A DNA stretch of 64,000 nucleotides from Acidimicrobiaceae bacterium (GCA_009842325.1 VYFQ01000003.1:262693-326692); one strand, 5' to 3'. Positions 25,767-35,404 are shown, counted from the first letter of the stretch. Program-made: numbers and translations. The notes: generated by a model from the letters alone, not told the origin.

Positions 25767-28484
25767 ATGGCCAAGGTGATGCTGATCGACGGCAACTCCC
25801 TGGCCTACCGCGCCTTCTTCGCCCTGCCCACCGACATGGCCACCGCCTCGGGGCAGATCACCAACGCGGTGTTCGGATTCACCTCGATGCTCATCAACCT
25901 GTGGCGCGACCACGAGCCCGACCAGATCATCGTCGCCTTCGACCGGCCCGAGCCGACGTTCCGCCACGCCAAGGTCCCCACCTACAAAGGCACCCGCGAC
26001 GCCGCGCCCGACATCCTGCGCCAGCAGATGGGCTTGGTGCGCGAGGTGCTCGACGCCTTGGCCTTGCCCATGGTGGACGCGGCCGGCTTCGAGGCGGACG
26101 ACGTGATCGCCACCCTGGCCACCTCGGGCCGCGACCGGGGCGACGACGTCATCGTCGTGACCGGCGACCGCGACACCTACCAACTGGTGGAGGACCCGCA
26201 GGTGAAGGTGCTCTACAACATGCGGGGGGTGTCGGACTACAAGCTGTACGACGAGGCCGGCATCCTGGAGCGCACTGGCGTCCGGCCCGCCGACTACGTG
26301 GAGTACGCGGCCCTGAGGGGCGACACCAGCGACAACCTGCCCGGAGTGCCCGGCGTGGGGGCAAAGACCGCAGCGAAGCTGGTCAACGAGAGGGGAGGGC
26401 TCGACGGGATCTTCGCCTCGCTGGACGAGCTGACCCCCAAGCTGCGCGAGAACCTGGCCGCCGCTGAGGAGCAGGTGCGTACCAATGCGGACGTGATGCT
26501 GCTGGTGCGCGACGTGCCCCTCGACGCCGGCCTCGACGAGTTGGCCCAGGGACAGGTCGACGCAGAGGCGGTGCGCAAGCTGTTCGACTTCCTGGAGTTC
26601 CGATCGCTGCACAGCCGCCTGGCCGACGTGCTCGGCGACGCGCTGGGCGCCGACGCGTCGGATGACGCGGAGCTCGCGGCCAGAACCCTCAACCCCGTGG
26701 TGTCGGTGCTGGCCACCGCCGCGCAGGCGGCCGAGGCGCTGCGAGCCGCAGCCGCCCCGGAGGCCGCCGGGACCCGGCTGGCGCTGGCCACCCCGGCCGG
26801 GGGCCTGGCTGCCGGCCTGGCCTGGGCGGTCGACCCCGACGCGGGCCGGGTGGCCTTCCTTCCCGGCGAGCTGCTGGACGACCCCGAGGTCTCCGAGGCA
26901 CTGGCCGGGCTCGTCGGCACCGGCACAGGCGACCCACCCGGCTCCGGTGAGCGGCGCCGGCCGCTGGCCGCGCACGACGGCAAGGCCCTCATGCGCCCGC
27001 TGCTCGACCGCGGCGTGGAGATGCGCGACCCGCTGATCGACACCATGCTGGCCGCCTACCTGCTCGACCCGGCCGACGCCCGCTACGACCTGAGCGACGT
27101 GGCGGGCCGCTACGCGGGCCTCGACCCGCCCGCGCACGCCCCTCCGGAGGGGCGCTTGGACCTCGACGGGGACGCGGCCGAGCCCGCCGAGCAGGCCGGA
27201 TGGGCCGTTCTGGCCATTGACCGCCTGGTCGCGCCCCTGCGAGAGGCCCTGGCGGCGCAGGGCTTGGACCGCCTCAACGACGAGGTGGAGGTGCCGCTGG
27301 TGCGGGTCCTGGCCCGGATGGAGCACATCGGGATAGGCGTGGACCGCTCGGTGCTGGAGACCATCCGCGACGAGCTCGACACCGAGGCCGAGGATCTGCG
27401 CCGCGAGGTGTTGGCCGACGCCGGACGCGACATCAACGTCAACTCGCCCAAGCAGCTCGCCGAGGTGCTCTTCGACGATCTCGGGCTCACACCCACCAAG
27501 AGGACCAAGACAGGGTTCTCGACCGACGCGCAGTCACTGGAGAAGCTGCGGAGCGAGCACCCCATCGTCGACCACCTGCTCGGCTACCGGGAGGTGGAGA
27601 AGCTGCGCTCCACCTACGGGGTCGGGCTGCTGGCCGAGGTCGGGCCGGACGAGCGCATCCGGGCCACCTTCAACCAGACCGTGGCCCGCACCGGCCGCCT
27701 CAGCTCCGACGCGCCCAACCTCCACAACATCCCGGTGCGCTCCGAGCGGGGGCGGGTGTTCCGCACCGCCTTCGTGGCGCCGCCGGGACAAAGGCTGCTG
27801 GTCGCCGACTACGACCAGATCGAGCTGCGCTGCATCGCCCATCTGGCCGAGGATCCGGGCCTGATCGCGGCCTTCGAGGCGGGCGACGACATCCACACCG
27901 CCACCGCGGCCCGGGTGTTCGACATCTCGGTGTCGGAGGTGGGGGTGGAGGAGCGGGCCACCGCCAAGATGGTGTCCTACGGGCTGGCCTACGGGATGGA
28001 GGCGTACGGTCTCGCCCAGCGCCTGAACATCCCGACCGGGGAGGCGGCCGAGATCCTCGACGCCTACTTCGAGGCCTTCCCCGCGGTGCGCCAGTACATG
28101 GACCAGACCGTGGCCGAGGCCCGCAGCAAGGGCTACACCGAGACCCTGTTCGGCCGGCGCCGGCAGATCCCGGAGCTGGCCAGCCCCAACGTGCGACTGC
28201 GCCAGGCCGGGGAGCGCCAAGCCATGAACGCCGGGATCCAGGGCCTGGCCGCCGACATCTTCAAGGTGGCCCTGGTCCGCCTTGACCGGGCCATCGAGGA
28301 CCGCGAGCTGGCGTCGCGGATCGTGCTGCAGGTCCACGACGAGATCATCCTGGAATCGCCCGACGCCGAGATCGCCGCGGCATCGGAGCTGACGCGGGAC
28401 GTGATGCGGGGCGCTTTCGAGCTGCGGGTGCCCCTGGAGGTCGACCTCCAGGTCGCCGCCACCTGGGCGGGGGCCAAGGGCTGA
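25767..28484 (+). CDS. polA: DNA polymerase I
   Basis: 905 aa. 5'-nuclease N-terminus MLIDGNSLAYRAFFAL and polymerase motifs DYDQIELRCIAHL, RATAKMVSYGLAYG and QVHDEIILE. Confidence 0.95.
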   Translation: MAKVMLIDGNSLAYRAFFALPTDMATASGQITNAVFGFTSMLINLWRDHEPDQIIVAFDRPEPTFRHAKVPTYKGTRDAAPDILRQQMGLVREVLDALALPMVDAAGFEADDVIATLATSGRDRGDDVIVVTGDRDTYQLVEDPQVKVLYNMRGVSDYKLYDEAGILERTGVRPADYVEYAALRGDTSDNLPGVPGVGAKTAAKLVNERGGLDGIFASLDELTPKLRENLAAAEEQVRTNADVMLLVRDVPLDAGLDELAQGQVDAEAVRKLFDFLEFRSLHSRLADVLGDALGADASDDAELAARTLNPVVSVLATAAQAAEALRAAAAPEAAGTRLALATPAGGLAAGLAWAVDPDAGRVAFLPGELLDDPEVSEALAGLVGTGTGDPPGSGERRRPLAAHDGKALMRPLLDRGVEMRDPLIDTMLAAYLLDPADARYDLSDVAGRYAGLDPPAHAPPEGRLDLDGDAAEPAEQAGWAVLAIDRLVAPLREALAAQGLDRLNDEVEVPLVRVLARMEHIGIGVDRSVLETIRDELDTEAEDLRREVLADAGRDINVNSPKQLAEVLFDDLGLTPTKRTKTGFSTDAQSLEKLRSEHPIVDHLLGYREVEKLRSTYGVGLLAEVGPDERIRATFNQTVARTGRLSSDAPNLHNIPVRSERGRVFRTAFVAPPGQRLLVADYDQIELRCIAHLAEDPGLIAAFEAGDDIHTATAARVFDISVSEVGVEERATAKMVSYGLAYGMEAYGLAQRLNIPTGEAAEILDAYFEAFPAVRQYMDQTVAEARSKGYTETLFGRRRQIPELASPNVRLRQAGERQAMNAGIQGLAADIFKVALVRLDRAIEDRELASRIVLQVHDEIILESPDAEIAAASELTRDVMRGAFELRVPLEVDLQVAATWAGAKG

Positions 28485-28522
28485 GCCGGAAGCGAGGACG
28501 ATCGGACCACGGGAGACTCCAC

Positions 28523-29203
28523 ATGAGCCGGCACATCATCAGACGCACCATCGAGCGCGCCGACTCCACACTGATCGACGCCCTCGGTGAGGCAGGTACT
28601 GCGACCGTGCACGAAGCGATGGGACGCGTGGGCTATGCCGGCCCGCACTTGCGGCCGATCCAGCAGGACGTCAGGATCGCCGGATCGGCGGTGACTGTGC
28701 TGAGTCACCCCGGCGACAACATCATGATCCACGCAGCGGTCGAGGTGTGCGAGGAGGGCGACATTCTCGTCGTGACCAACACTGCTCCGTCGACGCACGG
28801 AATGTTCGGCGATCTCCTGGCCACCTCGCTGATGGCCCGAGGCGTCCGGGGCTTGGTGCTCGACGCCGGCGTGCGAGACACGATGGATCTGCGTTCGATG
28901 GGCTTCCCCGTGTGGTCGCAGCATGTGTCGTGCCAGGGGACCGTAAAGAGCACTCCCGGCTCGGTCAACGTGCCGGTGGTCCTGGGAGGCGTCACGGTGC
29001 AGCCCGGCGACGTGGTCTGCGCCGATGACGACGGTGTCGTCGTCGTGCCGAGGCTCGACGCCGGGTGGGCGGTCCAACAGTCACAGGCCCGCCTGGCGAA
29101 GGAGGAGAACATGCGCGGCATCCTCGAGTCGGGCGAACTCGGTGTCGATGTCTACGGCCTGCGTCAGAAGCTGATCGACATGGGTGTCGAGTACATCGAC
29201 TGA
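28523..29203 (+). CDS. ligK: 4-carboxy-4-hydroxy-2-oxoadipate aldolase / oxaloacetate decarboxylase (RraA-like fold)
   Basis: TATVHEAMGR, PGDNIMIHAAVE, GMFGDLLATSLMARGVRGLVLDAGVRD, FPVWS..VSCQGTVK and the C-terminal GELGVDVYGLR closely track LigK/GalC as I recall them. Confidence 0.8.
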   Translation: MSRHIIRRTIERADSTLIDALGEAGTATVHEAMGRVGYAGPHLRPIQQDVRIAGSAVTVLSHPGDNIMIHAAVEVCEEGDILVVTNTAPSTHGMFGDLLATSLMARGVRGLVLDAGVRDTMDLRSMGFPVWSQHVSCQGTVKSTPGSVNVPVVLGGVTVQPGDVVCADDDGVVVVPRLDAGWAVQQSQARLAKEENMRGILESGELGVDVYGLRQKLIDMGVEYID

Positions 29204-29246
29204 TCGGTCGACGCCCCCAGTCTTGCGGCCGCATCATCGACGGGAC

Positions 29247-30116
29247 TCAGCCGAAGTCGTACAGGGTCTCCGGGTTCGTCACCAGCACCTGGTGTCGCGT
29301 GGTTTCGTCGGGTATGAGATCGACCAGGAGGTCGACGAGGTCACCGTCGTCGGGCATGTGGCGAACGTTCGGGTGGGGCCAGTCGGTTCCCCAGAGGACA
29401 CGGTCGGGTGCGGCCGCCACCAGCGCGCGTGCGTAGGGCACGACGTCGTCGTAGGGCGGTGCTCCGTCGGCGGTGAGGCGTTCGGCACCGGAGATCTTGA
29501 CCCAGGCGCGCTCATCTCTCATCAGCTCGAGGAGCGTCTGGAACGGGGCCTGCTCGATCCCGTCGGCGGTCGGGACGCGAGCCATGTGATCGATGACGTA
29601 CGGGCACGGCATCTGATCGAGTAGGTCGGAGTAGTCGGGCAGGTCTCTGGCATCGAAGTGCAGCACGATGTGCCAGCCGAAGGGCTGCACTCGGTCAACC
29701 AGCCGCCAGAACGCATCGAGATCGGGAGCACCGCCGAGGTGCTTCACGAAATTGAACCTCGTCCCCCGCGCGCCGGCCTCGTGCAGCGCAGCGATGTCGG
29801 CCTCGCTGAACGACTCGTCGATCATCGCTACCCCGGCGTAGCGGCCCTTGCCTCGCTGTATCGCGTCGAGCATCGCCGCGTTGTCGGTGCCGTGACACGA
29901 TGCTTGGACGAACACTGCCCGAGACAGCCCGAGGCGTTCCTGGAGCGCCATGAAATCGGCGATTCCCGAGTCGGGTGGTGTGTAGGAACGATCGGGCGAG
30001 AACGGGAACGTCTCGGCTGGACCGAACACGTGGCAGTGCGCGTCGGTCGCGTTCGGTGGCGGCGTCCACCGGGTCGGGGCATGAGGGTTGGGATGCGGTG
30101 CGGGGATCGACCTCAA
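29247..30116 (-). CDS. ligI: 2-pyrone-4,6-dicarboxylate lactonase (amidohydrolase_2)
   Basis: TDAHCHVFGPAETFPFSP, VQASCHGTDNAAMLDAI, GTRFNF, VIDHMAR, WGTDWPHPN and LVTNPETLY follow LigI rather than LigJ. Confidence 0.8.
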   Translation of the reverse strand: MRSIPAPHPNPHAPTRWTPPPNATDAHCHVFGPAETFPFSPDRSYTPPDSGIADFMALQERLGLSRAVFVQASCHGTDNAAMLDAIQRGKGRYAGVAMIDESFSEADIAALHEAGARGTRFNFVKHLGGAPDLDAFWRLVDRVQPFGWHIVLHFDARDLPDYSDLLDQMPCPYVIDHMARVPTADGIEQAPFQTLLELMRDERAWVKISGAERLTADGAPPYDDVVPYARALVAAAPDRVLWGTDWPHPNVRHMPDDGDLVDLLVDLIPDETTRHQVLVTNPETLYDFG

Positions 30117-30128
30117 TAGGGGCCAACC

Positions 30129-30968
30129 TCAGGCGTTCTCGAGCACGATGACGCCGTTGCTCGTGTTCGATGTGGGCACGTGGTGGGCGCGGTGTACCTC
30201 GCGGACCTGCTCGTCCAGTGCTCCGCGCATGATCATCCACATGACGAGCTCGATGCCCTCCGACCCTGCCTCGCGCAGGTAGTCGGTATGCGGAACGGCC
30301 GACTGGCCGGCTGGATCGGTGACTATGCGGTCGAGGAACGCCAGATCGAAGTCTGCATTCACGAGACCGGCGCGTTCGCCCTGCAGCTGGTGTGACATGC
30401 CGCCCGTCCCGAGGATCAGGACGCGCTCGTCGCCGGGAAACTCATCGACGGCTCGGCGAATCGCCTTGCCCAGTTGATAGCAGCGGTTGCCGGTCGGCGC
30501 CGGGTACTGGATGACGTTCACGCACAGTGGCACCACCTTGCAAGGCCATTTCTTGGGCTGGTCGAACATCACCGAGAGGGGCACGGTTAGGCCGTGGTCG
30601 ACGGACATCTCGTTGACGATGGTCATGTCGAACTCGTCGAGGATGAGCGACTCGGCGAGATGCCATGCCAGTGGGGGATGTCCGGCCACGTCGGGCACCT
30701 GCCTGGGCCCGTAACCCTCGTCAGCGGGCGGGAAGGTCGCTGCGACGCCGATCGCGAAAGTCGGGATGAGGGCGAGCGAGAAAGCCGAGGCGTGGTCGTT
30801 GTAGGCGATGATGCAAACATCGGGCTTCGCTTCGCGAACCCATGCACGAACCGGGGCGATCTTCTCGAAGTACGGCGCCCAGTACGGCTCGTTCTGCTTG
30901 TTGTGGTCGATTGCGGCACCAACCGCAGGGACATGAGAGGTGCCGATGCCACCGATGATCTGAGCCAT
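30129..30968 (-). CDS. ligB: protocatechuate 4,5-dioxygenase beta subunit
   Basis: MAQIIGGIGTSHVPAVG...IIAYNDHASAF...SVDHGLTVPL extradiol class III signature. ATG at 30968, 1 nt after the ligA stop. Confidence 0.85.
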   Translation of the reverse strand: MAQIIGGIGTSHVPAVGAAIDHNKQNEPYWAPYFEKIAPVRAWVREAKPDVCIIAYNDHASAFSLALIPTFAIGVAATFPPADEGYGPRQVPDVAGHPPLAWHLAESLILDEFDMTIVNEMSVDHGLTVPLSVMFDQPKKWPCKVVPLCVNVIQYPAPTGNRCYQLGKAIRRAVDEFPGDERVLILGTGGMSHQLQGERAGLVNADFDLAFLDRIVTDPAGQSAVPHTDYLREAGSEGIELVMWMIMRGALDEQVREVHRAHHVPTSNTSNGVIVLENA

Positions 30969-30969
30969 G

Positions 30970-31413
30970 TCAGTACCGCTCCTCGGCCGGGGTGGCCCCA
31001 TGGTCGGCAAGGGTCCGGTTGCCCTCGATCGGGCGGCCGCCGTCGATCATCATCTGTTGGAACTCCTCAGCCTCGATGCCGGACATCGATGCGCCGACCT
31101 GCTGCATGCTGAGCCCGTCGAAGATGGCCAACTTGAACGTGTAATAGATGTTGCCGCCGAGCCGCAGCAGGCCGAGCCAGTCGCGCTGCAAGACGGCTTC
31201 GCGCTGATCGTCGGTGAGTGCGTAGGCGTCGAGGTAGCCGGACTCATCGGCACGGAAGGCGTCCCGGTTCGCCTCCTGATTGAGCGACATGCAGAACATG
31301 TTCAGCGCGTAGCCGCGACGGGAGTGGTCGCCGTCCATGACGTAGGTGCCGGGAATGTCGTCGTAGTCGCGCGGTGCTCGGTCGGGGATGGCGCGCGGAT
31401 ACTTCGTAGTCAT
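30970..31413 (-). CDS. ligA: protocatechuate 4,5-dioxygenase alpha subunit
   Basis: YDDIPGTYVMDG..RRGYALNMFCMSL...NRDAFRADESGYLD...QQMMIDGGRP matches LigA. It is immediately upstream of ligB. Confidence 0.85.
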   Translation of the reverse strand: MTTKYPRAIPDRAPRDYDDIPGTYVMDGDHSRRGYALNMFCMSLNQEANRDAFRADESGYLDAYALTDDQREAVLQRDWLGLLRLGGNIYYTFKLAIFDGLSMQQVGASMSGIEAEEFQQMMIDGGRPIEGNRTLADHGATPAEERY

Positions 31414-31511
31414 GGCAGGATCGTAGACAGGCAGGAGCGGACTCGTTGAGTTCTGGGGCCGGTAGCCTCACTGGGTCCCTTGACCCCTACCGACCAGCCC
31501 GGAAAGACACC

Positions 31512-32945
31512 GTGACCGACACCGCAACCGCCGTCCTCGATCCCCCTGCGCCCAGCGAGATGGGCACGTTCGCAGAGGACGGCTCATACATCCCACGCCA
31601 GATCGTCGAGGACGACCTCGGCGACATCAGCCTCGACGACGCCTACGCCTCCACCATGGTCGTCGTCGAGGACGGCCAGATCGTGGAGGGCACAGTCGTC
31701 CGGATCGACAAGGAAGAGGTCCTGCTCGACATCGGCTACAAGTCCGAGGGCGTCATACCGGCCCGCGAGCTGAGCATCCGCCACGACGTCGACCCCGGCG
31801 ATGTCGTCGCGATGGGCGAGGCGATCGAGGCCCTGGTCATCACCCGGGAGGACAAGGAGGGCCGCCTGGTCCTGTCCAAGAAGCGGGCCCAGTACGAGCG
31901 GGCCTGGGGCCGCATCGAGGAGCAGCGGGAGGCCAACGAAGCGGTCAAGGGCATGGTCATCGAGGTCGTCAAGGGCGGTCTGATCGTCGACATCGGCCTG
32001 CGAGGCTTCCTGCCCGCGTCGCTGGTGGAGCTGCGCCGGGTACGCGACCTCCAGCCGTATGTGGGCCGCGAGCTCGACGCCAAGATCATCGAGCTCGACA
32101 AGAACCGCAACAACGTAGTGCTGAGCCGGCGGGCGTGGCTGGAGGAGACCCAGCGCGAGCAGCGCGAGGCATTCCTCGACAACCTCAGGCCGGGCGAGAT
32201 CCGCAGCGGCGTGGTGTCGTCGGTGGTGAACTTCGGCGCGTTCGTCGACCTCGGCGGGATGGACGGCCTGGTCCATGTGTCGGAGCTGTCCTGGAAGCAC
32301 GTCGACCACCCCAGCGCGGTGGTGTCGGCCGGCGACCGCATCGACGTGCAGGTGCTCGAGGTCGACCTGGATCGGGAGCGCATCAGCCTGTCGCTCAAGG
32401 CCACCCAGCAGGATCCGTGGCAGGAGTTCGCGGCCAGCCACCGGGTGGGGGAGCTGGTGTACGGGCGCATCACCAAGCTGGTGCCGTTCGGGTCGTTCGT
32501 GCAGGTCGGCGACGGCATCGAGGGCCTAGTTCACATCTCGGAGATGTCGGCGCACCATGTGGAGCTTCCCGAGCAGGTCGTGACCCCCGGCGAGGAGCTG
32601 TGGGTGAAGATCATCGACCTCGACCTTCAGCGCCGCCGTATAAGCCTGTCGATCAAGCAGGCCGCCGAGGGCGGCGTGGTCGCGGCCGAGTACCAGGAGC
32701 ACTTCGGCGACCACGCCTACGACGAGGAAGGCAACTACATCGGCACCACCGGCTCCGAGGGCCAGCAGGCCTGGGAGGACTTCTTCTCCAGCGAGGCCGG
32801 TACCGAGTACACCGGCGACGACGAGACGGCGACCGGTGACGAGAACGAGAGTGCCGGCGCCGAAGCCGCGGCCGACGAGACAGCCGACGTCGAGGCCACC
32901 GCCGAAGAGGCCGTCGACGCCGAAGCCACGGCCGACGAGACCTGA
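31512..32945 (+). CDS. rpsA: 30S ribosomal protein S1
   Basis: Repeated S1 domains (GQIVEGTVVRIDKEEVLLDIGYKSEGVIPARELS, VKGMVIEVVKGGLIVDIG and others) and an acidic A/E/T-rich tail. The start is uncertain: GTG at 31512 is preferred, and the ORF track gives TTG at 31446. Confidence 0.9.
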   Translation: MTDTATAVLDPPAPSEMGTFAEDGSYIPRQIVEDDLGDISLDDAYASTMVVVEDGQIVEGTVVRIDKEEVLLDIGYKSEGVIPARELSIRHDVDPGDVVAMGEAIEALVITREDKEGRLVLSKKRAQYERAWGRIEEQREANEAVKGMVIEVVKGGLIVDIGLRGFLPASLVELRRVRDLQPYVGRELDAKIIELDKNRNNVVLSRRAWLEETQREQREAFLDNLRPGEIRSGVVSSVVNFGAFVDLGGMDGLVHVSELSWKHVDHPSAVVSAGDRIDVQVLEVDLDRERISLSLKATQQDPWQEFAASHRVGELVYGRITKLVPFGSFVQVGDGIEGLVHISEMSAHHVELPEQVVTPGEELWVKIIDLDLQRRRISLSIKQAAEGGVVAAEYQEHFGDHAYDEEGNYIGTTGSEGQQAWEDFFSSEAGTEYTGDDETATGDENESAGAEAAADETADVEATAEEAVDAEATADET

Positions 32946-32948
32946 GCA

Positions 32949-33569
32949 CTGCCTGAGATCGCACTGACAGGGGGGATCGGCGCCGGCAAGTCGACGGTGG
33001 GCGCCGGACTGGTCGAGCGGGGCGCGATCCTCATCGACGCCGACCAGATAGTCAGGGACCTCCAGCAGCCGGGCCAGCCCGTCTTCGAGGCCATCGTGAA
33101 GCGGTGGGGTCCCGTCGTGGTCGCAGCCGACGGCACCCTGGACCGGGCCGCGGTGGCCGCAGTGGTGTTCAAGGACTCCGGCGAGCTGGACGCGCTCAAC
33201 GCCATCGTCCATCCGGCGGTGGGCACCGAGATGGTCAGGCGCAGGGCCGCGGCTGCCGAGCAGTCGCCCGGTTCCGTAGTCGTGCTCGACATCCCGCTGC
33301 TGGTGCGCCCCGGCGGCCAGCCCATCGCAGAGCGCTACCGCGACCTCTCGGGCATTGTGGTGGTGGACGCCGACCCCGAGATTGCCGTGCAGCGCCTCGT
33401 GGCCCAGCGGGGACTCTCCGAGGAGGACGCCAGGGCCCGCATCGCCAGCCAGGCCGACCGCGAGTCGCGCCTGGAGGTGGCCGATTTCGTGATTAGCAAC
33501 GACGGAACCCTCGAAGAACTGGAGCCCCAGATCGACGCCTGCTACCGCTGGGCCGCCTCCCTGGCCTGA
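32949..33569 (+). CDS. coaE: dephospho-CoA kinase; the start codon must be non-canonical
   Basis: The Walker A sequence IALTGGIGAGKST (32958-32993) lies upstream of the first ATG/GTG/TTG (GTG at 32997) and in the same frame as the rpsA TGA (32943-32945). Only CTG 32949, ATC 32958 and CTG 32964 are available as starts. The downstream ILIDADQI and NAIVHPAV motifs fit CoaE. Confidence 0.75.
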   Translation: MPEIALTGGIGAGKSTVGAGLVERGAILIDADQIVRDLQQPGQPVFEAIVKRWGPVVVAADGTLDRAAVAAVVFKDSGELDALNAIVHPAVGTEMVRRRAAAAEQSPGSVVVLDIPLLVRPGGQPIAERYRDLSGIVVVDADPEIAVQRLVAQRGLSEEDARARIASQADRESRLEVADFVISNDGTLEELEPQIDACYRWAASLA

Positions 33570-33570
33570 C

Positions 33571-34560
33571 TCAGCCCACGCCCGGTCCCGGATAGACCAG
33601 CTCGCCCCACGTCTGGGCGTCGGCCTCCAGCATCGCTTCCATCGCCGACGCATCGGGCAACGGTCCGACGTCCAGTTCGGAGACCATGGCGCTCATGGCC
33701 ACCGCGTGTCCCAGCCGCTGGCAGCGCTGCAGGTTTTCGGGATGGGACAGGAAGCCGCACAGGAACCCGGCCGCGAAGGCGTCGCCCGCGCCTCTCGGAC
33801 CCACGATCGGCCCCCGCAACGCCGGCTCGAAGTGGGCTTCGCTCGCCGTGAACGTGTGGACGCCGACCGCGCCGTCCTTCACGACGACGACTTGCGGCCG
33901 CGGTAGAGCGGACCGCACCTGCGACGGCTCTGAGAACCCCCACACTGCGGCGGCTTCGTCCAACCCGACGAAGACGACGTCGGCCCGGTTGGCCGCCTCC
34001 AGGAACAGCTCGCCCGGGAGTCCGTCCGGCCAGAGCGCGGGACGCCAGTTGAGATCGAACGACCGCACGGCACCGGCCGGCTTCGACAGCAGCGCCATGA
34101 CCAGTTCCCGGCACCCGTCCGACAGGGCCATCGTGATCCCGGTGAGGTGGACGGCCCTGGCGTCGAGGCATGCCTCGACTAGAACGGTCTCTGGGGACAT
34201 CTGCGACGCGGCCGACCCCTTCCGGTAGTACTGGACCCGCTGGCCCCGCTCGGGCGAGTCCCTAAGCATCAAGCCGGTGGGCGCGTCCTCGCACAGACCG
34301 ACGAGCGATGTGTCGACCCCGCCGGCCGCGACGGCGTCCAGCACCAGCGACCCGGCCATGCCGGTGTCGAGGCGGCTCACCCAGGCGCTGCGGAGGCCCA
34401 GTGCGGCGCAGTAGAGGGCCACGTTCGACTCCGCCCCGCATATGTCCCAGGCGAAGGCGTCGGCCGCCGTGCCCGGATCGCGGTACAGGGTGAGCATCGA
34501 TTCGCCGACGGCGACGACATCGAAGCGGGGAGGGGGTGGCTCAGAGCCGGTCGAGGTCAC
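33571..34560 (-). CDS. PfkB-family sugar-acid kinase (2-dehydro-3-deoxygluconokinase-like)
   Basis: FDVVAVGESMLTL, ICGAESNVALY and the C-terminal GAGDAFAAGFL motifs. Its stop is 1 nt from the coaE stop (convergent). Confidence 0.75.
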   Translation of the reverse strand: MTSTGSEPPPPRFDVVAVGESMLTLYRDPGTAADAFAWDICGAESNVALYCAALGLRSAWVSRLDTGMAGSLVLDAVAAGGVDTSLVGLCEDAPTGLMLRDSPERGQRVQYYRKGSAASQMSPETVLVEACLDARAVHLTGITMALSDGCRELVMALLSKPAGAVRSFDLNWRPALWPDGLPGELFLEAANRADVVFVGLDEAAAVWGFSEPSQVRSALPRPQVVVVKDGAVGVHTFTASEAHFEPALRGPIVGPRGAGDAFAAGFLCGFLSHPENLQRCQRLGHAVAMSAMVSELDVGPLPDASAMEAMLEADAQTWGELVYPGPGVG

Positions 34561-34571
34561 CGGCCGCGCGC

Positions 34572-35333
34572 TTACCGGTCAGGATCGGGGTCTGTTGCGC
34601 CGTCCGGGCTGCCGTCTCCGTCCAGCGGTTGAAGCAGCCGCAGCAGGTGGCTGGTAGAGACCTCGATCAGCTCGGTCATGGCCCCAGCGGCCTCGGCCTC
34701 GTCCCGATCCTGGATCGCCCGAGCCACCCGGGCGTGGTGCTCGATGGTGGTGGCCGGGCCGCCGGGCACCTGGACGGTCACCCGGCGGCTGCCCTCCAGC
34801 GCCACCCGGATGGTCTCGGCCATCTGGGCCAGCACCGGATTGGCGGCGGCGCGGAACACCGCGTCGTGGAAGGCCAGGTCGACCTCGATGTAGCGGTTGA
34901 AGTCGCTGACCGACGCCGCCATGGCGTCGTACAGCGCCAGGAGCTCCGCGGCCGCTTGGTCACTCCGCCGGCGGGCAGCCAGCCGGGCCGCCTGGGGCTC
35001 GATCACCAGGCGCACCTCGGCGACGTGGCTGAGCGTCGTCGGCGCCGACCGCGCCGCGATGCTCCAGCGCAGGACGTCGGGGTCGAGCAGGTTCCACGAC
35101 CGGTGGTCGGCCACCACGGTGCCCGCTTTCGGGCGGGACTCGATCAGCCCCTTGTCGCGCAGCAGGCCGAGGGCCTCCCGGACCACGGTGCGCGAGACGC
35201 CCAACTCCGCCGACAGGTCCTCCTGGTTGGCGAACCGGTGCCCGGGCGGGTAGGTGCTGTCGATGATCCGGTAGCCGATGCTCTCAACTGTGCGCTGGCG
35301 CAGACCGGTGCCCGTGCGGGCGTCAAAGTCCAT
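34572..35333 (-). CDS. GntR family transcriptional regulator, FadR subfamily (FCD domain)
   Basis: NQEDLSAELGVSRTVVREALGLLRDKGLIESRPKAGTVV winged helix plus an all-helical C-terminal FCD-like domain. Confidence 0.85.
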   Translation of the reverse strand: MDFDARTGTGLRQRTVESIGYRIIDSTYPPGHRFANQEDLSAELGVSRTVVREALGLLRDKGLIESRPKAGTVVADHRSWNLLDPDVLRWSIAARSAPTTLSHVAEVRLVIEPQAARLAARRRSDQAAAELLALYDAMAASVSDFNRYIEVDLAFHDAVFRAAANPVLAQMAETIRVALEGSRRVTVQVPGGPATTIEHHARVARAIQDRDEAEAAGAMTELIEVSTSHLLRLLQPLDGDGSPDGATDPDPDR

Positions 35334-35370
35334 CCTGGCAAGCCTAGTAGGGTGCTCTTGCGTCGGTTAC

Positions 35371-35404
35371 TAGTCCTATGATATTATTAATAGAACGATA
35401 GGAC
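35371..35404. promoter_or_regulatory. inverted repeat AGTCCTAT-N18-ATAGGACT in an AT-rich divergent intergenic region (candidate GntR operator)
   Basis: Exact 8-bp arms at 35371-35378 and 35397-35404 flank TGATATTATTAATAGAACG. The repeat lies between the FadR-type regulator (start 35333) and the dehydratase gene (start 35422). Confidence 0.45.

Noticed and set aside
32943-32945. A true rpsA-coaE fusion protein (selenocysteine or programmed read-through at TGA).
   Set aside because: No SECIS-like hairpin was noticed directly downstream, and S1-CoaE fusions are not known to me. Reinitiation at a near-cognate codon is the simpler explanation, and a sequencing error cannot be excluded.
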